Source of the DNA: Nemertoderma westbladi
Taxonomy: Eukaryota; Animalia; Xenacoelomorpha
DNA length: 64,000 bases
Reading direction: 5' to 3'
Assembly: GCA_032718475.1 (NCBI GenBank)
Contig: JAUCBJ010002682.1
Span: forward strand, 19,793 to 83,792
Part shown: piece after piece, positions 36,701-51,278 of the stretch
Numbering within the stretch: the first letter of the stretch is position 1
How the letters are laid out: every line of letters begins with the position of its first letter
Position numbers and translations under genes: made by a program
The notes under the pieces: generated by a model
Told to the model about the DNA's origin: nothing
Databases searched by the model: none
The model's input: only the letters and a program-made list of their open reading frames with translations

Positions 36701-39700
36701 TGCCAACGAGGCCGTCGGGGATGGACCAGCAGTAGCCATGATGGATGCTGTGTTGCCAACGAGGCCTTCGGGGATGGACCAGCAGTAGCCATAATGGATG
36801 CTGCGTTGCCAACGAGGCCGCTGGAGGATGGACCAGCAGTACCCATGATGGATGCTGCGTTGCCAACGAGGCCGCCGGGGGATGGACCAGCAGTAGCCAT
36901 GATGGATGCTGCGTTGCCAACGAGGCCGTCGGGGATGGACCAGCAGTAGCCATGATGGATGCTGCGTTGCCAACGAGGCCGCCGGGGGATGGACCAGCAG
37001 TAGCCATGATGGATGCTGCGTTGCCAACGAGGCCTTCGGGGATGGACCAGCAGTAGCCATGATGGATGCTGCGTTGCCAACAAGGCCGCCGGGGGATGGA
37101 CCAGCAGTAGCCATGATGGATGCTGCGTTGCCAACGAGGCCGTCGGGGGATGGACCAGCAGTAGCCATGATGGATGCTGCGTTGCCAACGAGGCCGTCGG
37201 GGATGGACCAGCAGTGCCATAATGGATGCTGCATTGTCAACGAGGCCTTCGGGGATGGACCAGCAGTAGCCATAATGGATGCTGCGTTGCCAACGAGGCC
37301 TTCGGGGATGGACCAGCAGTAGCCATGATGGATGCTGCGTTGCTAACAAGGCCGCCGGGGGATGGACCAGCAGTAGCCATGATGGATGCTGCGTTGCCAA
37401 CGAGGCCGCCGGGGGATGGACCAGCAGTAGCCATGATGGATGCTGCGTTGCCAACTAGGCCGTCGGGGATGGACCAGCAGTAGCCATAATGGATGCTGCG
37501 TTGTCAACGAGGCCGCCGGGGGATAGACCAGCAGTAGCCATGATGGATGCTGCGTTGCCAACGAGGAAGCCGGGGGATGGACCAGCAGTAGCCATGATGG
37601 ATGCTGCGTTGCCAACGAGGCCGCCGGGGGATGGACCAGCAGTAGCCATGATGGATGCTGCGTTGCCAACGAGGCCGCCGGGGGATGGACCAGCAGTAGC
37701 CATGATGGATGCTGCGTTGCCAACGAGGCCGCCGGGGGATGGACCAGCAGTAGCCATGATGGATGCTGCGTTGCCAACGAGGCCGCCGGGGGATGGACCG
37801 GCAGTAGCCATGATGGATGCTGTGTTGCCAACGAGGCCGCCGGGGGATGGACCGGCAGTAGCCATGATGGATGCTGCGTTGCCAACGAGGCCGCCGGTGG
37901 ATGGACCAGCAGTAGCCATGATGGATGTTGCGTTGCCAACGAGGCCGTCGGGGATGGACCAGCAGTAGCCATGATGGATGCTGCGTTGCCAACGAGGCCT
38001 TCGGTGATGGACCAGCAGTAGCCATAATGGATGCTGCGTTGCCAACGAGGCCGCTGGAGGATGGACCAGCAGTAGCCATGATGGATGCTGCGTTGCCAAC
38101 GAGGCCGTCGGGGGATGGACCAGCAGTAGCCATGATGGATGCTGCGTTGCCAACGAGGCCTTCGAGGATGGACCAGCAGTAGCCATGATGGATGCTGCGT
38201 TGCCAACAAGGCCGCCGGGGGATGGACCAGCAGTAGCCATGATGGATGCTGCATTGTCAACGAGGCCGCTGGGGGATGGACCAGCAGTAGCCATGATGGA
38301 TGCTGCGTTGTCAACTAGGCCGTCGGGGATGGACCAGCAGTGCCATAATGGATGCTGTGTTGCCAACGAGGCCGCCGGGGGATGGACCAGCAGTAGCCAT
38401 GATGGATGCTGCGTTGCCAACGAGGCCGCCGGGGGATGGACCAGCAGTAGCCATGATGGATGCTGCGTTGCCAACGAGGCCGCCGGGGGATGGACCAGCA
38501 GTAGCCATGATGGATGCTGCGTTGCCAACGAGGCCGCCGGGGGATGGACCGGCAGTAGCCATGATGGATGCTGCGTTGCCAACGAGGCCGCCGGTGGATG
38601 GACCAGCAGTAGCCATGATGGATGTTGCGTTGCCAACGAGGCCGTCGGGGATGGACCAGCAGTAGCCATGATGGATGCTGCGTTGCCAACGAGGCCTTCG
38701 GTGATGGACCAGCAGTAGCCATAATGGATGCTGCGTTGCCAACGAGGCCGCTGGAGGATGGACCAGCAGTAGCCATGATGGATGCTGCGTTGCCAACGAG
38801 GCCGTCGGGGGATGGACCAGCAGTAGCCATAATGGATGCTGCGTTGCTAACTAGGCCGTCGGGGATGGACCAGCAGTAGCCATGATGGATGCTGCGTTGC
38901 CAACTAGGCCGTCGGGGATGGACCAGCAGTAGCCATGATGGATGCTGCGTTGCCAACTAGGCCGTCGGGGATGGACCAGCAGTAGCCATGATGGATGCTG
39001 CGTTGCCAACGAGGCCGCTGGGGGATGGACCAGCAGTAGCCATGATGGATGCTGCGTTGCCAACAAGGCCGCCGGGGGATGGACCAGCAGTAGCCATGAT
39101 GGATGCTGCGTTGCTAACGAGGCCGCCGGGGGATGGACCAGCAGTAGCCATGATGGATGCTGCGTTGCCAACGAGGCCGTCGGGGATGGACCAGCAGTGC
39201 CATAATGGATGCTGCGTTGTCAACGAGGCCGCCGGGGGATGGACCAGCAGTAGCCATGATGGATGCTGCGTTGCCAACGAGGCCTTCGAGGATGGACCAG
39301 CAGTAGCCATGATGGATGCTGCGTTGCCAACAAGGCCGCCGGGGGATGGACCAGCAGTAGCCATGATGGATGCTGCATTGCCAACGAGGCCGCCGGGGTT
39401 GGACCAGCAGTAGCCATGATGGATGCTGCGTTGCCAACGAGGCCTTCGGTGATGGACCAGCAGTAGCCATGATGGATGCTGCGTTGCCAACTAGGCCGTC
39501 GGGGATGGACCAGCAGTAGCCATGATGGATGCTGCGTTGCCAACGAGGCCGTCGGGGATGGACCAGCAGTAGCCATGATGGATGCTGTGTTGCCAACGAG
39601 GCCTTCGGGGATGGACCAGCAGTAGCCATAATGGATGCTGCGTTGCCAACGAGGCCGCTGGAGGATGGACCAGCAGTACCCATGATGGATGCTGCGTTGC

Positions 39701-42700
39701 CAACGAGGCCGCCGGGGGATGGACCAGCAGTAGCCATGATGGATGCTGCGTTGCCAACGAGGCCGTCGGGGATGGACCAGCAGTAGCCATGATGGATGCT
39801 GCGTTGCCAACGAGGCCGCCGGGGGATGGACCAGCAGTAGCCATGATGGATGCTGCGTTGCCAACGAGGCCTTCGGGGATTGACCAGCAGTAGCCATGAT
39901 GGATGCTGCGTTGCCAACAAGGCCGCCGGGGGATGGACCAGCAGTAGCCATGATGGATGCTGCGTTGCCAACGAGGCCGTCGGGGGATGGACCAGCAGTA
40001 GCCATGATGGATGCTGCGTTGCCAACGAGGCCGTCGGGGATGGACCAGCAGTGCCATAATGGATGCTGCATTGTCAACGAGGCCTTCGGGGATGGACCAG
40101 CAGTAGCCATAATGGATGCTGCGTTGCCAACGAGGCCTTCGGGGATGGACCAGCAGTAGCCATGATGGATGCTGCGTTGCTAACAAGGCCGCCGGGGGAT
40201 GGACCAGCAGTAGCCATGATGGATGCTGCGTTGCCAACGAGGCCGCCGGGGGATGGACCAGCAGTAGCCATGATGGATGCTGCGTTGCCAACTAGGCCGT
40301 TGGGGATGGACCAGCAGTACCCATAATGGATGCTGCGTTGTCAACGAGGCCGCCGGGGGATGGACAAGCAGTAGCCATGATGGATGCTGCGTTGCCAACG
40401 AGGAAGCCGGGGGATGGACCAGCAGTAGCCATGATGGATGCTGCGTTGCCAACTAGGCCGTCGGGGATGGACCAGCAGTAGCCATGATGGATGCTGCGTT
40501 GCCAACGAGGCCGCCGGAGGATGGACCAGCAGTAGCCATGATGGATGCTGCGTTGCCAACGAGGCCGCCGGGGGATGGACCAGCAGTAGCCATGATGGAT
40601 GTTGCGTTGCCAACGAGGCCGTCGGGGATGGACCAGCAGTAGCCATGATGGATGCTGCGTTGCCAACGAGGCCTTCGGTGATGGACCAGCAGTAGCCATA
40701 ATGGATGCTGCGTTGCCAACGAGGCCGCTGGAGGATGGACCAGCAGTAGCCATGATGGATGCTGCGTTGCCAACGAGGCCGTCGGGGGATGGACCAGCAG
40801 TAGCCATGATGGATGCTGCGTTGCCAACGAGGCCGTCGGGGATGGACCAGCAGTGCCATAATGGATGCTGCGTTGTCAACGAGGCCGCCGGGGGATGGAC
40901 CAGCAGTAGCCATGATGGATGCTGCGTTGCCAACGAGGCCTTCGAGGATGGACCAGCAGTAGCCATGATGGATGCTGCGTTGCCAACAAGGCCGCCGGGG
41001 GATGGACCAGCAGTAGCCATGATGGATGCTGCGTTGCCAACGAGGCCGCCGGGGGATGGACCAGCAGTAGCCATGATGGATGCTGCGTTGCCAACGAGGC
41101 CGTCGGGGATCGACCAGCAGTAGCCATGATGGATGCTGCGTTGCCAACTAGGCCGTCGGGGATGGACCAGCAGTAGCCATGATGGATGCTGCGTTGCCAA
41201 CGAGGCCGCCGGGGGATGGACCAGCAGTAGCCATGATGGATGCTGCGTTGCCAACGAGGCCTTCGGTGATCGACCAGCAGTAGCCATGATGGATGCTGCG
41301 TTGCCAACTAGGCCGTCGGGGATGGACCAGCAGTAGCCATGATGGATGCTGCGTTGCCAACAAGGCCGCCGGGGGATGGACCAGCAGTAGCCATGATGGA
41401 TGCTGCGTTGCCAACGAGGCCTTCGGTGATCGACCAGCAGTAGCCATGATGGATGCTGCGTTGCCAACGAGGCCTTCGGTGATCGACCAGCAGTAGCCAT
41501 GATGGATGCTGCGTTGCCAACTAGGCCGTCGGGGGATGGACCAGCAGTAGCCATGATGGATGCTGCGTTGCCAACGAGGCCGTCGGTGATGGACCAGCAG
41601 TAGCCATGATGGATGCTGCGTTGCCAACTAGGCCGTCGGGGATGGACCAGCAGTAGCCATGATGGATGCTGCGTTGCCAACGAGGCCGCCGGGGGATGGA
41701 CCAGCAGTAGCCATGATGGATGCTGCGTTGCCAACGAGGCCGTCGGTGGATGGACCAGCAGTAGCCATGATGGATGCTGCGTTGCCAACTAGGCCGTCGG
41801 GGATGGACCAGCAGTAGCCATGATGGATGCTGCGTTGCTAACAAGGCCGCCGGGGGATGGACCAGCAGTAGCCATGATGGATGCTGCGTTGCCAACGAGG
41901 CCTTCGGTGATCGACCAGCAGTAGCCATGATGGATGCTGCGTTGCCAACTAGGCCGCCGGGGGATGGACCAGCAGTAGCCATGATGGATGCTGCGTTGTC
42001 AACGAGGCCGTCGGGGATGGACCAGCAGTAGCCATGATGGATGCTGCGTTGCTAACAAGGCCGCCGGGGGATGGACCAGCAGTAGCCATGATGGATGCTG
42101 CGTTGCCAACGAGGCCGCCGGGGATGGACCAGCAGTAGCCATGATGGATGCTGCGTTGCCAACGAGGCCGCCGGGGGATGGACCAGCAGTAGCCATGATG
42201 GATGCTGCGTTGCCAACGAGGCCGCTGGGGGATGGACCAGCAGTAGCCATGATGGATGCTGCGTTGCCAACGAGGCCGTCGGGGATGGACCAGCAGTAGC
42301 CATAATGGATGCTGCGTTGTCAACGAGGCCGCTGGGGGATGGACCAGCAGTAGCCATTATGGATGCTGCGTTTCCAACTAGGCCGTCGGGGATGGACCAG
42401 CAGTAGCCATAATGGATGCTGCGTTGTCAACGAGGCCGCCGGGGGATGGACCAGCAGTAGCCATGATGGATGCTGCGTTTCCAACTAGGCCGTCGGGGAT
42501 GGACCAGCAGTAGCCATAATGGATGCTGCGTTGTCAACGAGGCCGCCGGGGGATGGACCAGCAGTAGCCATGATGGATGCTGCGTTGCCAACTAGGCCGT
42601 CGGGGATGGACCAGCAGTAGCCATAATGGATGCTGCGTTGTCAACGAGGCCGCCGGTGGATGGACCAGCAGTAGCCATGATGGATGCTGCGTTGCCAACG

Positions 42701-45700
42701 AGGAAGCCGGGGGATGGACCAGCAGTAGCCATGATGGATGCTGCGTTGCCAACGAGGCCGCTCGGGGGATGGACCAGCAGTAGCCATGATGGATGCTGCG
42801 TTGCCAACGAGGCCGTCGGGGATGGACCAGCAGTAGCCATAATGGATGCTGCGTTGCCAACGAGGCCGCTGGGGGATGGACCAGCAGTAGCCATGATGGA
42901 TGCTGCGTTGCCAACGAGGCCGCCGGGGGATGGACCAGCAGTAGCCATGATGGATGCTGCGTTGCCAACGAGGCCGTCGGGGATGGACCAGCAGTAGCCA
43001 TGATGGATGCTGCGTTGCCAACGAGGCCGCTGGGGGATGGACCAGCAGTAGCCATGATGGATGCTGCGTTGCCAACGAGGCCGTCGGGGATGGACCAGCA
43101 GTAGCCATAATGGATGCTGCGTTGTCAACGAGGCCGCTCGGGGATGGACCAGCAGTAGCCATTATGGATGCTGCGTTGCCAACGAGGCCGCCGGGGGATG
43201 GACCAGCAGTAGCCATGATGGATGCTGCGTTGCCAACGAGGCCGTCGGGGATGGACCAGCAGTAGCCATGATGGATGCTGCGTTGCCAACGAGGCCGCTG
43301 GGGGATGGACCAGCAGTAGCCATGATGGATGCTGCGTTGCCAACGAGGCCGTCGGGGATGGACCAGCAGTAGCCATAATGGATGCTGCATTGTCAACGAG
43401 GCCGCTGGGGGATGGACCAGCAGTAGCCATGATGGATGCTGCGTTGCCAACTAGGCCGTCGGGGATGGACCAGCAGTGCCATAATGGATGCTGTGTTGCC
43501 AACGAGGCCGCCGGGGGATGGACCAGCAGTAGCCATGATGGATGCTGCGTTGCCAACGAGGCCGCCGGGGGATGGACCAGCAGTAGCCATGATGGATGCT
43601 GCGTTGCCAACGAGGCCGCCGGGGGATGGACCAGCAGTAGCCATGATGGATGCTGCGTTGCCAACTAGGCCGTCGGGGATGGACCAGCAGTAGCCATGAT
43701 GGATGCTGCGTTGCTAACTAGGCCGTCGGGGATGGACCAGCAGTAGCCATGATGGATGCTGCGTTGCCAACTAGGCCGTCGGGGGATGGACCAGCAGTAG
43801 CCATGATGGATGCTGCGTTGCCAACGAGGCCGCCGGTGGATGGACCAGCAGTAGCCATGATGGATGCTGCGTTGCCAACGAGGCCGCCGGTGGATGGACC
43901 AGCAGTAGCCATGATGGATGCTGCGTTGCCAACTAGGCCGTCGGGGATGGACCAGCAGTGCCATAATGGATGCTGTGTTGCCAACGAGGCCGCCGGGGGA
44001 TGGACCAGCAGTAGCCATGATGGATGCTGCGTTGCCAACGAGGCCGCCGGGGGATGGACCAGCAGTAGCCATGATGGATGCTGCGTTGCTAACGAGGCCG
44101 CCGGGGGATGGACCAGCAGTAGCCATGATGGATGCTGCGTTGCCAACTAGGCCGTCGGGGATGGACCAGCAGTAGCCATGATGGATGCTGCGTTGCCAAC
44201 TAGGCCGTCGGGGATGGACCAGCAGTAGCCATGATGGATGCTGCGTTGCCAACTAGGCCGTCGGGGATGGACCAGCAGTAGCCATGATGGATGCTGCGTT
44301 GCCAACGAGGCCGCTGGGGGATGGACCAGCAGTAGCCATGATGGATGCTGCGTTGCCAACAAGGCCGCCGGGGGATGGACCAGCAGTAGCCATGATGGAT
44401 GCTGCGTTGCTAACGAGGCCGCCGGGGGATGGACCAGCAGTAGCCATGATGGATGCTGCGTTGCCAACGAGGCCGTCGGGGATGGACCAGCAGTGCCATA
44501 ATGGATGCTGTGTTGCCAACGAGGCCGCCGGGGGATGGACCAGCAGTAGCCATGATGGATGCTGCGTTGCCAACGAGGCCGCCGGGGGATGGACCAGCAG
44601 TAGCCATGATGGATGCTGCGTTGCCAACGAGGCCGTCGGGGATGGACCAGCAGTAGCCATGATGGATGCTGTGTTGCCAACGAGGCCTTCGGGGATGGAC
44701 CAGCAGTAGCCATAATGGATGCTGCGTTGCCAACGAGGCCGCTGGAGGATGGACCAGCAGTACCCATGATGGATGCTGCGTTGCCAACGAGGCCGCCGGG
44801 GGATGGACCAGCAGTAGCCATGATGGATGCTGCGTTGCCAACGAGGCCGTCGGGGATGGACCAGCAGTAGCCATGATGGATGCTGCGTTGCCAACGAGGC
44901 CGCCGGGGGATGGACCAGCAGTAGCCATGATGGATGCTGCGTTGCCAACGAGGCCTTCGGGGATGGACCAGCAGTAGCCATGATGGATGCTGCGTTGCCA
45001 ACAAGGCCGCCGGGGGATGGACCAGCAGTAGCCATGATGGATGCTGCGTTGCCAACGAGGCCGCCGGGGGATGGACCAGCAGTAGCCATGATGGATGCTG
45101 CGTTGCCAACGAGGCCGCCGGGGGATGGACCAGCAGTAGCCATGATGGATGCTGCGTTGCCAACGAGGCCGCCGGGGGATGGACCAGCAGTAGCCATGAT
45201 GGATGCTGCGTTGCCAACGAGGCCGCCGGGGGATGGACCAGCAGTAGCCATGATGGATGCTGCGTTGCCAACGAGGCCTTCGGGGATGGACCAGCAGTAG
45301 CCATGATGGATGCTGCGTTGCCAACGAGGCCGCCGGGGGATGGACCAGCAGTAGCCATGATGGATGCTGCGTTGCCAACGAGGCCGCCGGGGGATGGACC
45401 AGCAGTAGCCATGATGGATGCTGCGTTGCCAACGAGGCCGCCGGGGGATGGACCAGCAGTAGCCATGATGGATGCTGCGTTGCCAACGAGGCCGTCGGGG
45501 ATGGACCAGCAGTAGCCATAATGGATGCTGCGTTGTCAACGAGGCCTTCGGGGATGGACCAGCAGTAGCCATGATGGATGCTGCGTTGCCAACGAGGCCT
45601 TCGGGGATGGACCAGCAGTAGCCATGATGGATGCTGCGTTGCCAACGAGGCCGCCGGGGGATGGACCAGCAGTAGCCATGATGGATGCTGCGTTGCCAAC

Positions 45701-48007
45701 GAGGCCGCCGGGGGATGGACCAGCAGTAGCCATGATGGATGCTGCGTTGCCAACGAGGCCGCCGGGGGATGGACCAGCAGTAGCCATGATGGATGCTGCG
45801 TTGCCAACGAGGCCGCCGGGGGATGGACCAGCAGTAGCCATGATGGATGCTGCGTTGCCAACGAGGCCGCTCGGGGGATGGACCAGCAGTAGCCATGATG
45901 GATGCTGCGTTGCCAACGAGGCCGTCGGGGATGGACCAGCAGTAGCCATGATGGATGCTGCGTTGCCAACGAGGCCGTCGGGGATGGACCAGCAGTAGCC
46001 ATGATGGATGCTGCGTTGCCAACGAGGCCGTCGGGGATGGACCAGCAGTAGCCATGATGGATGCTGCGTTGCCAACGAGGCCGCTGGGGGATGGACCAGC
46101 AGTAGCCATGATGGATGCTGCGTTGCCAACGAGGCCGCCGGGGGATGGACCAGCAGTAGCCATGATGGATGCTGCGTTGCCAACGAGGCCGCCGGGGATG
46201 GACCAGCAGTAGCCATGATGGATGCTGCGTTGCCAACGAGGCCGCCGGGGGATGGACCAGCAGTAGCCATGATGGATGCTGCGTTGCCAACGAGGCCTTC
46301 GGGGATGGACCAGCAGTAGCCATGATGGATGCTGCGTTGCCAACGAGGCCGCCGGGGGATGGACCAGCAGTAGCCATGATGGATGCTGCGTTGCCAACGA
46401 GGCCGCCGGGGGATGGACCAGCAGTAGCCATGATGGATGCTGCGTTGCCAACGAGGCCGCCGGGGGATGGACCAGCAGTAGCCATGATGGATGCTGCGTT
46501 GCCAACTAGGCCGTCGGGGATGGACCAGCAGTAGCCATGATGGATGCTGCGTTGCCAACGAGGCCGCCGGTGGATGGACCAGCAGTAGCCATGATGGATG
46601 CTGCGTTGCCAACGAGGCCGTCGGGGATGGACCAGCAGTAGCCATGATGGATGCTGCGTTGCCAACGAGGCCGCCGGGGGATGGACCAGCAGTAGCCATG
46701 ATGGATGCTGCGTTGCTAACGAGGCCGCCGGGGGATGGACCAGCAGTAGCCATGATGGATGCTGCGTTGCCAACGAGGCCGCCGGGGGATGGACCAGCAG
46801 TAGCCATGATGGATGCTGCGTTGCCAACGAGGCCGCCGGGGGATGGACCAGCAGTAGCCATGATGGATGCTGCGTTGCCAACGAGGCCGTCGGGGGATGG
46901 ACCAGCAGTAGCCATGATGGATGCTGCGTTGCCAACGAGGCCGCCGGGGGATGGACCAGCAGTAGCCATGATGGATGCTGCGTTGCCAACGAGGCCGCCG
47001 GTGGATGGACCAGCAGTAGCCATGATGGATGCTGCGTTGCCAACGAGGCCTTCGGGGATGGACCAGCAGTAGCCATGATGGATGCTGCGTTGCCAACGAG
47101 GCCGCCGGGGGATGGACCAGCAGTAGCCATGATGGATGCTGCGTTGCCAACGAGGCCGCCGGGGGATGGACCAGCAGTAGCCATGATGGATGCTGCGTTG
47201 CCAACGAGGCCGCCGGGGGATGGACCAGCAGTAGCCATGATGGATGCTGCGTTGCCAACGAGGCCGCCGGGGATGGACCAGCAGTAGCCATGATGGATGC
47301 TGCGTTGCCAACGAGGCCGCCGGTGGATGGACCAGCAGTAGCCATGATGGATGCTGCGTTGCCAACAAGGCCGCCGGGGGATGGACCAGCAGTAGCCATG
47401 ATGGATGCTGCGTTGCCAACGAGGCCGTCGGGGATGGACCAGCAGTAGCCATGATGGATGCTGCGTTGCCAACGAGGCCGCCGGGGGATGGACCAGCAGT
47501 AGCCATGATGGATGCTGCGTTGCCAACGAGGCCGCCGGTGGATGGACCAGCAGTAGCCATGATGGATGCTGCGTTGCCAACGAGGCCGCCGGGGGATGGA
47601 CCAGCAGTAGCCATGATGGATGCTGCGTTGCCAACGAGGCCGCCGGTGGATGGACCAGCAGTAGCCATGATGGATGCTGCGTTGCCAACGAGGCCGCCGG
47701 GGGATGGACCAGCAGTAGCCATGATGGATGCTGCGTTGCCAACGAGGCCGTCGGGGATGGACCAGCAGTAGCCATGATGGATGCTGCGTTGCCAACAAGG
47801 CCGCCGGTGGATGGACCAGCAGTAGCCATGATGGATGCTGCGTTGCCAACAAGGCCGCCGGGGGATGGACCAGCAGTAGCCATGATGGATGCTGCGTTGT
47901 CAACGAGGCCGCCGGGGGATGGACCAGCAGTAGCCATGATGGATGCTGCGTTGCCAACGAGGCCGCCGGGGGATGGACCAGCAGTAGCCATGATGGATGC
48001 TGCGTTG
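30743..48007. repeat. 53/54-bp GC-rich satellite, 17.3 kb (about 320 copies), intronic
   Basis: Unit gcgttgccaacgaggccgccgggggatggaccagcagtagccatgatggatgct. One diverged unit at about 29969-30012 lies on the other side of the RTE insertion. Confidence 0.98.
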
Positions 48008-48120
48008 TGTGACGGTGTGGATACGGGAGCCGATCTCTCGGATGAAGGTGGAGGTCTCCGGACAGGGCGGCCGAGTGTCTCGAAAGCCACTGGATGGAAT
48101 ATATGGCCGCGTGGTTGGGT

Positions 48121-48303
48121 GAATTCTTAGCCCGCGGATATTCTTAGCCCGCGGGTATTCTTAGCCCGCGAATATTCTTAGAAACAGGTTAGTAAAGGGG
48201 CAGGTTTCAGAGGCGTATTGTGGGAACCAAAACATTAAACGTTATTGGTTTGCGGGCTAAGAATACCCACGGACTAAGAAGAATACTCGCGGGCTAAGAA
48301 TTC
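48121..48303. mobile_element. Small foldback/MITE-like element
   Basis: (attcttagcccgcg)x3 at 48121-48170 is inverted at 48252-48303. Confidence 0.65.
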
Positions 48304-49243
48304 CTGAGACCGGCAAAACAGTTGGCCATTGAAAAGTTGTATTTAGATGAGAGGTAATTGAATCAGTTGGGGGGTAGTTGATAGGTTGAGCGGGCAGCCG
48401 ACCGGGTTGAGGGTCAATTTGGTTGTTTACTGTGTTAATTGCGGATGTGCATTGCGTTCAATATCGGTCTATTCAATATCGTCACTCGCCGCATTATAAT
48501 AATATCTGCCTTCACCATCCGCTGTACTTTTAAGTGATTGATAAAAGTTCATGACATAAGAACAAAATTGGCAAAAATAGGAACAACGTTCGCTGTCATT
48601 GGAAACAAAATTCGCATTTTCAGATTTTAAAAATAATGTTCACGCCTCCACCTAGCCCTAGTCAATAGTCATTTACACCGTTCACTGGGGAGTAACTCCC
48701 CTCATTAAAAGAGCTACACCGATAATGATATTTATATGTAGTTATCAGATGTGGCTTTGCTGCACCTCTGCTACACTACATCTCTCGGCTCTGCGACTGC
48801 GACCAATTTACCCGAACTCCCCAGCAACCTATTAACACGATGGGATGCTGAACTCTACATTTAATTCGATTCCGGCGCAATGCTTCATCTGCTTTCCAAT
48901 TAATTTTTCGTAAATATTTTATCTCAATGAAACCTTAGTAGTGCCTCGACACAACGTAACGGGAGCCCTAAACACATCAATCCGTTCCGGCATTCCTATT
49001 TCTTATAAATATTGACACAGCGATTAAACTACATCGCACGAACAATTCGCGTATTAGAATCACATCGGGGCAACATTACATGTTTTTTGCATTTTAAGCT
49101 ATTTATTTTCATTTTAATCTGGGACAGCCTTTAAAGAATGAATGCTACGAATAAGTACCAGACATTATAGAAATAATTTACTACTGTTGTAGGTACAGGT
49201 TGGTAGGTGTTCACTACCATAAAAACTTTAAAATTGTACCCAC

Positions 49244-49436
49244 CTGAACTGGAATCAATGCAAACGCCAACATCACCATAAACATGACAAAAATCTTGGT
49301 TGGAATAAGTTGTGGAATGATATCCCCGTAACCGACCGTGGTGTAAGTTACCACGATGTACCACAAACTGTTAAACGGACCAAAGTCTTTGTGATACTTA
49401 GGAGACGGCCGTTCCATATAGTTTACACCAGCCATA
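49244..49436 (-). CDS. KCNT: Slo2/KCNT channel exon (pore helix, selectivity filter, S6)
   Basis: SLWYIVVTYTTVGYGDIIP...ALIPVQ; cag/gt. Confidence 0.95.
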
Positions 49437-49912
49437 CTGAAAAGTGTAGATATATTCGAGTATTATTATATAATCAAAGGCCTACTTAATTTAAAGTGTA
49501 CAGAGGCATAGATGGAAATTCAATCGCCTTATACTTATTATTACATGACGTGGACTACTTCTAACCGGGGAGCCCCGGGTTCGATGCCGTGCCCAATCAG
49601 TTACACTTACAATTTCAACACTTACAAATTGGTACGACTCTCCATAAAAAGATATGGGAACCTTGCTTCGCTTCTGCTGGGTGAGTAAAGTAAAGGGTTG
49701 GACAGTTACAAAGTGTTCAACCTTTGGAATTACACCATTTTTGCCTTCCCTCCACACATGTAACAGCCAAGATAGAGGAGCCTTCGGGTTGTTTCCGGTG
49801 ATTCCTGTTTCACACATTCATCGATAACTTCACTTTACTTTGTTATTCTTAGAGTCCATTTTCGTTGAATTTGCTATGGTAAAGTTATTAAAATATAATA
49901 CGGATAACTCAC

Positions 49913-50088
49913 CCGGTGAAGAATAAGCAGACAATGAGACAAGCCAATATAAAGACCTGTTGGGACAACGCTGACTGGTATTTCTGCATAACTCTGTTTA
50001 AGTCGTTCAGCATGTTTTCCAACGCATCTTTCGCTAACCACGCATTGAAGAACGCGGGGCAGTAAAGTTTCCTTAAAGGCGGTAACAA
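49913..50088 (-). CDS. KCNT: Slo2/KCNT channel exon (S4-S5)
   Basis: LLPPLRKLYCPAFFNAWLAKDALENMLNDLNRVMQKYQSALSQQVFILACLIVCLFFTG; cag/gtgagt. Confidence 0.93.
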
Positions 50089-50289
50089 CTGAAAACAAAT
50101 TGTTTTGTAGTTATTAAATTTTTACCGGAATGAGAATTTTCGCCGAAGTAAATATAGCCTCGTAATTAATTGGCCGACCCTCTTATTAATTTAATATAAT
50201 TAGAACCAGTCAATTATAGTAGAAGTAGTTGAAAATCACCAATTCATTTAAGTTTAAGAATGATTTGGAATGACGGCGTCCGTGGTGAG

Positions 50290-50590
50290 GCCCATTAGAA
50301 GTTTGCCTGGTTAGTCATGTAGAAGACCTCAGAAGGTACCTAACACCCTGATTGTACATACACCAGGATGCTTGCTACACAGCGTTAATGGTATAAGATA
50401 AAATGCTCCTCACGAAATGATGTATTCTACCATCTCGGTAGTACAACCTTATCATCGAAAATTATCAGCCTGCAAGCACAACGGATGAGTCTATAGGAGG
50501 ACTGATACAGATGAATTGGATATTTAGATGGCTGATCGCGGAGTGAAGTTACTGCAATCCATCTTAGTGGATGTGGCAGAAGTACAGTAT
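50290..50590 (+). pseudogene. Decayed RTE LINE 3' fragment
   Basis: D.TYTRML-like codons at about 50350 and downstream similarity to the RTE at 30011-30742; frameshifted; boundaries approximate. Confidence 0.45.
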
Positions 50591-50813
50591 ATCACGAATA
50601 ATTAAATAAACAACTTTAAGATTAAAGAAACAAAAAAAACATATATTTTCTAAAATAATTGTAAACTATTATTTCCCAATATTACAGTCTATACCATGAA
50701 TAAACACTAACTTTACTAAATACACAAAGTATAGTTTTAATCAACACAAAAAAATTAACAAACTATTAGACTATTAATTTTATAAAAAGGATAATTATTA
50801 TTGAATAACAAAC

Positions 50814-50948
50814 CGTAATAATGAAGACGACATCTATAAGTAGTTCTAAGATAAAGAAGGGTCTGGTTATCTGTTGGATAATGTTTCCTTTGTGCTCCAA
50901 ATAGATGAGTAGAAGGGCGCGAATTAGACAAATAATCGCGATTATTAC
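50814..50948 (-). CDS. KCNT: Slo2/KCNT channel exon (S2-S3)
   Basis: VIIAIICLIRALLLIYLEHKGNIIQQITRPFFILELLIDVVFIIT; tag/gt; 135 bp, phase 0-0. Confidence 0.9.
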
Positions 50949-51278
50949 CTAAAAGAAACGAAATATAATGAAAGAAATTGAATTTTCGTTTTCTTCTTAA
51001 AATCAACCTACTCAGTAAATATAGATAAAATACATGAAATAAATCAGGAATGTTGAAAGAGGTTTGTAGAGTTCACGAGGTGAATTCAGATTCATCTGCA
51101 GTTCTTCAGTCTGCCGCAAGAGGGTGAAATGTCTGAAAGTGAAAACCTTCTCCCATTTCCTGTGATTTTAATTTGTTCAAACTGAATCTTGGCATATGTA
51201 CTAGAAAACCTGCTGCTACGTTGTGGGGCGGTACTCAATCTACAAGTTTTCCGCTCGAGGTCGAAATATCTGAAAGTT

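Noticed and set aside
17779-48007. CRISPR-like arrays
   Set aside because: Head-to-tail repeats without unique spacers, no cas genes, and a spliceosomal eukaryotic context.
30709-48130. Hundreds of long ORFs (MATAGPSPGG.., MMDAALPTRP..), up to 1226 aa, including a fusion to the RTE C-terminus
   Set aside because: Produced by a stop-poor 53/54-bp unit. Frames switch with every 53-bp unit, all frames look alike, and the array is intronic.
51010-51272. Possible extra exons after two similar minus-strand actttcag acceptors
   Set aside because: Flanking KCNT exons (51972 and 50948) already join in phase with continuous homology; there is no coding support.
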